29,540 nt of DNA from a virus (lineage: Duplodnaviria > Caudoviricetes), in the IMG/VR virus record IMGVR_UViG_3300028326_000318, positions 1 to 29,540 of that record, one strand, 5' to 3'. This document shows positions 1-6,750 of this stretch, piece after piece. The stretch's first letter is position 1. Every line of letters starts with the position of its first letter. The position numbers and the translations under genes were made by a program. The notes under the pieces are model-generated. The model searched no databases. It was given only the letters and a program-made list of their open reading frames with translations, and was not told the origin of the DNA.

Positions 1-150
1 TTGGAAGTGATCAAAAACGCCACAGGGAAAACGGTCTGTCAGGCGGACGCCGCAGGCAAGAGCGTCGTCATCGTGCAAAAGGGGCATAGAACCGTAATCG
101 AATTCCTGGACGACGGAACCATGAGGGTCATCAACACGAAGGTCGCGTAA
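1..150 (+). CDS. Small hypothetical protein (49 aa, MEVIKNATGKTVCQADAAGKSVVIVQKGHRTVIEFLDDGTMRVINTKVA); start may lie at or beyond the window edge
   Basis: Open frame TTG(1) to TAA(148-150), below the ORF-track cut-off; lies directly upstream of the structured leader of the sigma-like gene. Confidence 0.6.
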   Translation: MEVIKNATGKTVCQADAAGKSVVIVQKGHRTVIEFLDDGTMRVINTKVA

Positions 151-162
151 AAACAAAATAGT

Positions 163-278
163 GAATCCGCAGAACCGCTAGACGGGCATGGATGCGTACC
201 CCCCCCGGGGTACACCCAGCCCGTCTATCTGTTTCTCCGGATACGGCTGGCTCCTGCGGATTCCGAGAGGAGCCAACC
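163..278 (+). promoter_or_regulatory. Structured 5' leader with alternative pairings and an SD-sequestering hairpin
   Basis: tagacgggc(179-187)/gcccgtcta(219-227); tggctcct(248-255)/aggagcca(268-275) covering the SD; gaatccgcag(163-172)/ctgcggattc(254-263). Confidence 0.6.
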
Positions 279-746
279 ATGGACCAGCGTCAGTATTGCA
301 TTACGATCGACGGCGCATGCGTTCCCGTATCGAGAGAGGTCTACTACGCCTACAAACGCCCCGTCTGGGCCGAACGGAAGCGTCAGGAGCGCTGGAGCCG
401 GTGCCGGAAACCCGACGGCAGCCGCTGCGAAGGCGCTTGCGGCGCATGCCCCAATCAGCGGACCGGAAGTGTTCTTTCCTTAGACAAAAGCCGCGAGGAG
501 GGTTTTGAGCCCCAAGATCCCACATCCGAAGTGGCCGACATCGTCACCAACAAGCTGCTGCTGGAGAAGTTGCTCCATCTGCTCGCGGAGCTGGACCCTG
601 ATAGCCGGCGCATCTGCGAGCTGATTAGCCAGGGCGCATCCGAGCGTGAAATCGCTGCGGTACTCAATATTCGGCAGTCCACGCTGAACTACCGCAAGAA
701 CAAGCTGTTCGACGAGCTCCGTCAGCACCTGAAAAGTTTTATTTGA
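279..746 (+). CDS. Sigma-70 region-4 (ECF-like) HTH transcription factor, 155 aa
   Basis: GAGGAG SD before ATG 279; C-terminal LDPDSRRICELISQGASEREIAAVLNIRQSTLNYRKNK region-4 HTH; Cys cluster CRKPDGSRCEGACGAC. Confidence 0.8.
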   Translation: MDQRQYCITIDGACVPVSREVYYAYKRPVWAERKRQERWSRCRKPDGSRCEGACGACPNQRTGSVLSLDKSREEGFEPQDPTSEVADIVTNKLLLEKLLHLLAELDPDSRRICELISQGASEREIAAVLNIRQSTLNYRKNKLFDELRQHLKSFI

Positions 747-751
747 GCATT

Positions 752-782
752 TTCGTTCAAGGCATCGGCTTCTGTCCTGTGG
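752..782 (+). promoter_or_regulatory. Bipartite motif TTCGTTCAAG-N8-TTCTGTCCT-N-TGG, copy 1 (candidate promoter for the phage sigma-like factor)
   Basis: Same blocks and spacing recur at 5334-5364; both copies head an operon. Confidence 0.6.
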
Positions 783-826
783 GTTGTGAGGGGAACCAAC
801 ACAGCCCTCGGATCGGAGGTGAGACG

Positions 827-1054
827 ATGCAGAACACCAACAAGCGGGATGAAGAACTGGCAGATGTACTGACGGCGATCAGCGTGGTCGCAAAGCGCCT
901 GGCGAAGCAGCTGATGCAGCTTTCCGGGCAGAGTCAAGCAGCGGAAGGGGGATACCAGCGTGAGCGAGCTGTCTGCGGCGGTTGCCGGGCTGCGCAAATG
1001 CGGCGAGATCCTGATCACGATCTCCGAAACCCTCGCCACTCTTTCCCGCGATGA
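827..1054 (+). CDS. Small phage hypothetical protein (MQNTNKRDEELADVLTAISVVAKRLA...)
   Basis: GGAGGTG SD before ATG 827; amphipathic helix; 3' end overlaps the next gene by 95 nt. Confidence 0.55.
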   Translation: MQNTNKRDEELADVLTAISVVAKRLAKQLMQLSGQSQAAEGGYQRERAVCGGCRAAQMRRDPDHDLRNPRHSFPR

Positions 1055-1247
1055 CGCGACCGAGCAGACGCAACCGGCGGAGCCTGCGCCCACGCTGGAA
1101 GAAGTCCGTGCCGTCCTTGCCAGGATATCTGTGGACGGCCGCACCGCTGAGGTCCAGGCGCTGATCCGAAAACACGGTGCGGACAAGCTCAGCCAGATCG
1201 ATCCGGCTCAGTATGCCAACCTGATGGCAGAAGCGGAGGCGCTGTAA
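960..1247 (+). CDS. Conserved small phage replication-module protein, 95 aa
   Basis: GTG start after AAGGGGG; TLEEVRAVLA...KHGADKLSQIDPAQYANL pattern typical of the gene preceding DUF2800; TAATG coupling to the next gene. Confidence 0.75.
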   Translation: MSELSAAVAGLRKCGEILITISETLATLSRDDATEQTQPAEPAPTLEEVRAVLARISVDGRTAEVQALIRKHGADKLSQIDPAQYANLMAEAEAL

Positions 1248-2368
1248 TGTCACACGCCCTCCTTTCCGCATCATCTTCCCACCGCTGGCTGAACTGCAGC
1301 CCGTCCGCCCGTCTGGAGCAGGGGTTCGAGAACCGGGAGTCGGAGGCTGCCGCTGAGGGCAGCGCTGCCCACGCGCTGTGCGAGCACAAGCTTCGCCGAG
1401 CGCTGAAAATGCAGTCCCGAAAACCCGTCTCCCAATACGACTGCGATGAGATGGACGCCCACGCCGATGGCTACGTGGAGTTCGTCCTCGAAACGCTGGC
1501 CGACGCGAGGCAGCACTGCGCGGATCCAATCGTGATGATCGAGCAAAGGCTGGACTTCTCCTGCTACGTGCCGGATGGGTTCGGCACCGGCGACTGCGTC
1601 ATCATTGCGGACTGTACGTTGCACATCATCGACTTCAAGTACGGCCAGGGCGTGCTGGTTGACGCCGAGCAGAATCCGCAGATGATGCTCTACGCCTTGG
1701 GAGCGCTTGCGATCTACGATGCCTTGTACGATATCGATCAGGTTTCCATGACGATCTACCAGCCGCGCCGGGAAAACGTCAGCACCTGGACGATCCCCGT
1801 CACCGAGCTCAAGGCTTGGGCAGAAAACACACTTCGCCCCCGTGCGATGTTGGCCTATGAGGGTAAGGGTGAATACCTGCCGGGCTCCTGGTGCACTTTT
1901 TGCCGAGCCGCAGTTAAGTGCCGCGCCCGGGCGGACGCCAAGATGACGCTGGCGAAGCACGAGTTCGCGCTCCCGCCAATGCTAACGGACGCCGAGATCG
2001 AGGACATACTCGGCAAGCTGGACGACCTGACCAAGTGGGCCAACGACATCATGGGCTATGCGCAGGACGCGGCGCTGAACCACGGGAAACAGTGGTCCGG
2101 CTTCAAAGTGGTCGAAGGCCGCTCCAACCGCAAGTATGCCGATGAAGATGCGGTGATCGACGCGGCCAACGCAGCCGGCTACCACGACCTCTACAAGAAG
2201 ACCCTGCTGCCCGTCACGGAGATGGAGAAGCTCATGGGCAAGCAGCGCTTTACGGACATCCTCGGGAACCTGATCCATAAGCCACGCGGCAAGCCGACGC
2301 TAGTACCCATCTCCGATAAGCGCCCGGCCATAACCAATGCAACAACCGACTTTCATGAGGAGGAATAG
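1247..2368 (+). CDS. DUF2800 family PD-(D/E)XK (Cas4-like) exonuclease
   Basis: HALLSASSSHRWLNC N-terminus, FGTGD...IIDFKYG nuclease motif, WCTFCRAAVKC Cys cluster. Confidence 0.9.
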   Translation: MSHALLSASSSHRWLNCSPSARLEQGFENRESEAAAEGSAAHALCEHKLRRALKMQSRKPVSQYDCDEMDAHADGYVEFVLETLADARQHCADPIVMIEQRLDFSCYVPDGFGTGDCVIIADCTLHIIDFKYGQGVLVDAEQNPQMMLYALGALAIYDALYDIDQVSMTIYQPRRENVSTWTIPVTELKAWAENTLRPRAMLAYEGKGEYLPGSWCTFCRAAVKCRARADAKMTLAKHEFALPPMLTDAEIEDILGKLDDLTKWANDIMGYAQDAALNHGKQWSGFKVVEGRSNRKYADEDAVIDAANAAGYHDLYKKTLLPVTEMEKLMGKQRFTDILGNLIHKPRGKPTLVPISDKRPAITNATTDFHEEE

Positions 2369-2373
2369 AAACC

Positions 2374-2919
2374 ATGGCTAAGCAGTCAAGCGCCAAGGTC
2401 GTCACCGGCATCGTACGCCTCTCCTACGCCAACGTCTGGGAGCCCCGGTCCATCAACGGCGGCACAGAGAAGTATTCTGTCTCGCTCATCATCCCCAAAT
2501 CCGACACCGAAACCATCAACGCGATCAACGCGGCCATCGATGCAGCCATCCAGGAAGGTGCGCACAAGTTCGGCGGCAAGATTCCGAACCGCGCCGCACT
2601 GAGAATACCGCTGCGCGACGGCGATACGGAGCGCGACGACGAAGCCTACAAGGGCTGTTGGTTCGTAAACGCCAACAGCACCACGGCCCCGCAGATTGTG
2701 GATCAGCGCGTGCGCCCCATCCTCGACCGCAGCGAAATCTACAGCGGCGTGTACGCTCGCGTGTCCCTCGGCTTCTATGCCTTCAACTCGAACGGCAATC
2801 GCGGCGTGGCCTGCGGGCTGGGCAACATCCAGAAGGTCCGCGACGGCCAGGCGCTGGGCGGCAAGAGCAATGCGGCGGACGAGTTCACCACGCTGGAAGA
2901 CGACGATTTCCTGGGCTAA
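2374..2919 (+). CDS. DUF2815 family single-stranded DNA-binding protein (T7 gp2.5-like)
   Basis: VRLSYANVWEP, YSGVYARVS, GLGNIQK motifs; acidic tail EDDDFLG. Confidence 0.9.
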   Translation: MAKQSSAKVVTGIVRLSYANVWEPRSINGGTEKYSVSLIIPKSDTETINAINAAIDAAIQEGAHKFGGKIPNRAALRIPLRDGDTERDDEAYKGCWFVNANSTTAPQIVDQRVRPILDRSEIYSGVYARVSLGFYAFNSNGNRGVACGLGNIQKVRDGQALGGKSNAADEFTTLEDDDFLG

Positions 2920-2930
2920 CATATGACGCT

Positions 2931-2968
2931 GGAGCGGGTGGCGGGGGCATCTCCGCCACCCTTGCTCC
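2931..2968 (+). other. GC-rich intergenic hairpin without a U-tract between the SSB and polymerase genes
   Basis: ggagc-gggtggcgg / ccgccaccc-tt-gctcc. Confidence 0.5.
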
Positions 2969-2984
2969 ATGTAAGGAGCAAAGA

Positions 2985-5294
2985 ATGAAGACACTCAGCT
3001 GCGACATCGAGTCGTTCTGCAGCATGAACCTAGCCAAGTCGGGCGTATTCCGATACGCGGAGGGCGAGGATTTTGAAATCCTACTGTTCGGATACTCTGC
3101 CGACGGTGGCCCTGTGCACTTAGTTGACCTGGCCAGCGGCGAACAGCTTCCTGCGGACATAGTGGCCGCGCTCACCGATCCCAGTGTGACGAAATGGGCC
3201 TATAACGCGCTATTCGAGCGGGTGTGCCTATCCCGCTTTCTGGGCCTACCCACCGGGGAATACCTTGATCCGTCCTCGTGGCGCTGCACGATGGTCTGGG
3301 CGGCCACCCTGGGGCTCCCGCTTTCGTTGGAAGGTGTGGGCGCTGTTCTTAGTCTGGAAAAGCAGAAGCTCAAGGAGGGCAAAGACCTCATCCGGTTTTT
3401 CTGCCAGCCTTGTGCGCCGACAAACAGCAACGGCCAGCGCCTACGCAATCTGCCCGAACACGCGCCGGAGAAATGGGCGCTTTTTAAGGCGTACAACCGC
3501 CGCGACGTGGAAACGGAGTTAGCCATCCAAGCGCGGCTCGCGAAGTTCCCGGTGCCGGATAGCCTGTGGGAGGAGTATGTGCTCGACCAGCAGATCAACG
3601 ACCGCGGTATCGCACTGGACATGACGCTGGTTCACCAGGCGATCCGCTGTGACGAACAGTTCAAGCAGGCCCACCTGGACATAGCGCGGGAGGTCACTGG
3701 GCTGGAAAACCCCAACTCCCCAACACAGTTGAAAGCGTGGCTGGCTGAACAGGGCGTTGAGGCCGATTCCCTCTCCAAAGCCGCCGTGCTGACGCTACTG
3801 GAGAAGGCCGAGGGCAGCGTGGAGCTAGCGCTCTCTCTTAGGCAGGATCTCGCTAAGAGCAGCGTCAAGAAGTACGCCGCCATGGAGAACGTCGTCTGCC
3901 GGGATGGCCGCGCGCGAGGTCTTCTCCAGTTTTATGGCGCCAATCGATCCGGTCGATACGCAGGGAGGCTTATCCAAGTTCAGAATTTGCCAGTCAACCG
4001 CTTGCCCGATTTGGAGGTCGCACGCCAGCTGATCTACGAGGGTCAGTTCGAAACGGCAGAGATGCTCTACGAGTCCGTCCCGATTGTGCTGTCGGAGCTC
4101 ATTCGGACCGCGTTCATCCCCAGACCCGGACATCGCTTTTTCGTGGCCGACTTCAGTGCGATCGAGGCGCGCGTTATTGCGTGGATGGCTGGCGAGCAAT
4201 GGCGGTTGGACGTGTTCAAGAACGGCGGCGACATCTACTGCGCGTCCGCGTCGCAGATGTTCCATGTGCCGGTGGAGAAGCACGGCGTCAACGGTCACCT
4301 CCGGCAGAAGGGCAAAATTGCGGAACTCGCTTGCATTGCCGAAGGCAGCCTGGTGCTGACGGACAGCGGCCTTGTCCCCATCGAAAAAGTCGAACCGGAC
4401 ATGCGCCTATGGGATGGCGACGCCTGGGTGGCGCATGACGGTGTCGTCTTCAACGGCGCAAAAGAAGTTATCGTGTATCAAGGGCTCAGAGCAACCCCGG
4501 ATCACCTCGTCTGGATCGAGGGACAATCGCAGCCAGTTCCGTTTGGATCCGCCGCCGCAAATGGCGCGCGCCTTGTTCGATTCGGGGAGACGGGCGAGAG
4601 AATGATGCCCTTACAAGGCCTTACGAAAGTTTATGATATCCGAAACGCAGGGCCGCGGCACCGGTTTATCGTATCCGGGCGGCTTGTGCACAACTGTGGC
4701 TACGGAGGTGGAGTCGGCGCGTTGAAGGCGATGGGCGCAGTCGAGATGGGCGTGCCGGAAAGCGAGCTGCCCGACCTCATCCAACAATGGCGCACGGCCA
4801 ATCCCAATATCGTGAAACTCTGGCGGGCTGTGGACACCGCCGTGAAGACCTGCGTCAAGCAGCACACCGCTACGGTAACACACGGTATCCAATTTGTCTA
4901 CCTCAGTGGAATCCTATTTATCACCCTCCCCTCCGGCAGAAAGCTGGCCTATGTGAAACCGCGAATCGGCGAGAACCGGTTTGGTGGCGAGTCGGTCACC
5001 TACGAAGGCGTCACCGGCATGAAAAAGTGGGACCGAATTGAAAGCTTTGCTGGAAAGTTTGTGGAGAACATTGTCCAGGCAACGGCGCGGGACCTGCTTG
5101 CGGGGGCCATGCTTCGGCTTGATGCCGCCGGATATCGGATCGTGATGCATGTGCATGACGAGGTGGTCGTCGAGGCACCAGCGGACTCCTCGCTGGAGAA
5201 CATCTGCGCCATCATGGGGCAGGTGCCCACCTGGGCGGACGGCATGTTGATGCGGGCCGATGGGTTCGTCTGTGATTTCTACAAGAAGGAATGA
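2985..5294 (+). CDS. Phage family-A DNA polymerase, 769-aa precursor containing an intein (648 aa spliced)
   Basis: AAGGAG SD before ATG 2985; Exo I DIE, motif A ADFSAIEAR, motif B RQKGKIAELA|CGYGG, motif C HVHDE. Confidence 0.95.
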   Translation: MKTLSCDIESFCSMNLAKSGVFRYAEGEDFEILLFGYSADGGPVHLVDLASGEQLPADIVAALTDPSVTKWAYNALFERVCLSRFLGLPTGEYLDPSSWRCTMVWAATLGLPLSLEGVGAVLSLEKQKLKEGKDLIRFFCQPCAPTNSNGQRLRNLPEHAPEKWALFKAYNRRDVETELAIQARLAKFPVPDSLWEEYVLDQQINDRGIALDMTLVHQAIRCDEQFKQAHLDIAREVTGLENPNSPTQLKAWLAEQGVEADSLSKAAVLTLLEKAEGSVELALSLRQDLAKSSVKKYAAMENVVCRDGRARGLLQFYGANRSGRYAGRLIQVQNLPVNRLPDLEVARQLIYEGQFETAEMLYESVPIVLSELIRTAFIPRPGHRFFVADFSAIEARVIAWMAGEQWRLDVFKNGGDIYCASASQMFHVPVEKHGVNGHLRQKGKIAELACIAEGSLVLTDSGLVPIEKVEPDMRLWDGDAWVAHDGVVFNGAKEVIVYQGLRATPDHLVWIEGQSQPVPFGSAAANGARLVRFGETGERMMPLQGLTKVYDIRNAGPRHRFIVSGRLVHNCGYGGGVGALKAMGAVEMGVPESELPDLIQQWRTANPNIVKLWRAVDTAVKTCVKQHTATVTHGIQFVYLSGILFITLPSGRKLAYVKPRIGENRFGGESVTYEGVTGMKKWDRIESFAGKFVENIVQATARDLLAGAMLRLDAAGYRIVMHVHDEVVVEAPADSSLENICAIMGQVPTWADGMLMRADGFVCDFYKKE
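4332..4694 (+). mobile_element. Mini-intein (121 aa, no homing endonuclease) in polymerase motif B
   Basis: Block A CIAEGSLV, block B TPDH, block F VYDI, block G VHN followed by Cys+1; removal restores KIAELACGYGGG. Confidence 0.93.
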
Positions 5295-5295
5295 G

Positions 5296-5325
5296 GTCAG
5301 GGGGCATCCCCCTGACTCTTTTTTT
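5296..5325 (+). terminator. Rho-independent terminator after the polymerase gene
   Basis: gtcaggggg-cat-ccccctgac followed by tcttttttt. Confidence 0.85.
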
Positions 5326-5333
5326 CATTTTTC

Positions 5334-5364
5334 TTCGTTCAAGCCCGGTGTTTCTGTCCTTTGG
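5334..5364 (+). promoter_or_regulatory. Bipartite motif TTCGTTCAAG-N8-TTCTGTCCT-N-TGG, copy 2
   Basis: Directly after the terminator and before the next operon; matches 752-782. Confidence 0.6.
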
Positions 5365-5403
5365 ATATTGGAAGCCCCAATACAAAACGAGGAGGTACCC
5401 ACT

Positions 5404-5751
5404 ATGTTCTACACCAAATCCAAACTGCCGGGTGGCCGGACCATCAAGATTGAACTGACCGACGAAAACGTGTTCACCAACTGCTCAGAGTGTGGATGCG
5501 AGCTACCCCTTTCCCTCACGGACGAATTCATGCCCGATATCCTTTGCTCCCGCTGCGAAGAGAAGAAGATGAAACTCAGGCCTACCTTTGACGGAATTCT
5601 TTGGCTGGTAAGCATCCTGGTTCGGTCGAGGTTTTCGGTGGATGTTATGGGCCTCTTCGATCAGTTCGACATCGACGACTTGGCAAAACTGCCCCCCTGC
5701 GAGTATGCCGAATTCGGGGACGCGCTCGAAAGAATCTTCATGGATGCTTAG
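5404..5751 (+). CDS. Hypothetical Zn-ribbon protein, 115 aa
   Basis: GGAGGT SD before ATG 5404; CSEC...CSRC motifs. Confidence 0.75.
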   Translation: MFYTKSKLPGGRTIKIELTDENVFTNCSECGCELPLSLTDEFMPDILCSRCEEKKMKLRPTFDGILWLVSILVRSRFSVDVMGLFDQFDIDDLAKLPPCEYAEFGDALERIFMDA

Positions 5752-5812
5752 GGGCCCACGGTGCGCGGGGGGATTATTCCCCTCGCCACTACTTTACCAA
5801 TGGAGGTACTAC

Positions 5813-6223
5813 ATGACCATCAGCAAGTACAACCACGAGGGCTACCACGACCCAACGGCCTACGAAGCCTTCTCCAAAATGAATCACTTTCGCCCCATCG
5901 TCTACGTATGCTCCCCATACGCCGGGGACGTAGAGCGGAACACCACCAACGCCCGGCGGTACTGCCGGTTCGTAGTCGAGCGCGGCTGCATCCCTATCGC
6001 GCCGCACCTGCTGTTCCCCCAGTTCATGCACGAAGACGACGAGCGTGATCTGGCGTTGTTCATGGGCATCGTGCTGCTCACGAAGTGCGCGGAACTCTGG
6101 GCGTTCGGCGACACCATCACCAAGGGCATGGAGCTCGAAATCGCCAGGGCAATTCGTAAGGGCCAGCGGGTTCGCTACTTTACCAAAGAATGTGAGGAGG
6201 TAACAGGATGGGTGAAGTTTTGA
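5813..6223 (+). CDS. DUF4406-like (nucleoside deoxyribosyltransferase-like fold) phage protein, 136 aa
   Basis: GGAGGT SD; EGYHDPTAYEA N-terminus; VYVCSPYAGD, PIAPHL, GMELEI motifs. Confidence 0.8.
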   Translation: MTISKYNHEGYHDPTAYEAFSKMNHFRPIVYVCSPYAGDVERNTTNARRYCRFVVERGCIPIAPHLLFPQFMHEDDERDLALFMGIVLLTKCAELWAFGDTITKGMELEIARAIRKGQRVRYFTKECEEVTGWVKF

Positions 6224-6750
6224 AAGAGGCACTTAGGCTCGCTATGAATTATGACGGTTCATACAGCGGAGCAGTAGATGCAGGCTTTTTGTATCTGTTA
6301 CAGCACAAAGATGGCAAAGGCAAAGAAAAGCCTGCCAAATGTGTTTATGTGATCGAAACCGACAATGGTCTTGTGAAAATCGGTGTATCACAGTCTCCTA
6401 AGGCCCGAATCAAGACTATTGAAAAGACCGGTGGTCACATAATTGTCAATCAGTATATATCCGAACCATGCAAAATTGCTCAGATGATAGAACTAAGCGC
6501 ACACAAATCCTTCCAGGCCAAACGAAAAATTGGCGAGTATTTCACTTGCACATTCGACGAAGCTGTGGCGCAAGTAGAAAGGCTTATCAAACAGCTATCT
6601 GCGGAGGTAGCACCCGAATTAACCGCTGAAGGCGAGTTAATCGTGCCATCCTGCGGCTCTTGCCCCACTTCGGGGGGCGACACGACCTGCTGCGGTAGCT
6701 CACAGGGCAAGTTTGGAGAGGAGGAAACGACGGATGGACTATCCCGTTAA
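6208..6750 (+). CDS. T5orf172/GIY-YIG-like domain protein
   Basis: VYVIE...VKIGVS..PKARI...E..AH..F...R..GEYF signature; visibly lower GC than its neighbours. Confidence 0.75.
   Translation: MGEVLKEALRLAMNYDGSYSGAVDAGFLYLLQHKDGKGKEKPAKCVYVIETDNGLVKIGVSQSPKARIKTIEKTGGHIIVNQYISEPCKIAQMIELSAHKSFQAKRKIGEYFTCTFDEAVAQVERLIKQLSAEVAPELTAEGELIVPSCGSCPTSGGDTTCCGSSQGKFGEEETTDGLSR

Noticed and set aside
1247-2368. DUF2800 as a CRISPR Cas4
   Set aside because: It lies in the standard DUF2800-DUF2815-polA phage replication context with no cas operon
2658-2984. N-terminal extension of the 878-aa polymerase ORF
   Set aside because: Overlaps the DUF2815 gene; the SD and exonuclease motif support ATG 2985
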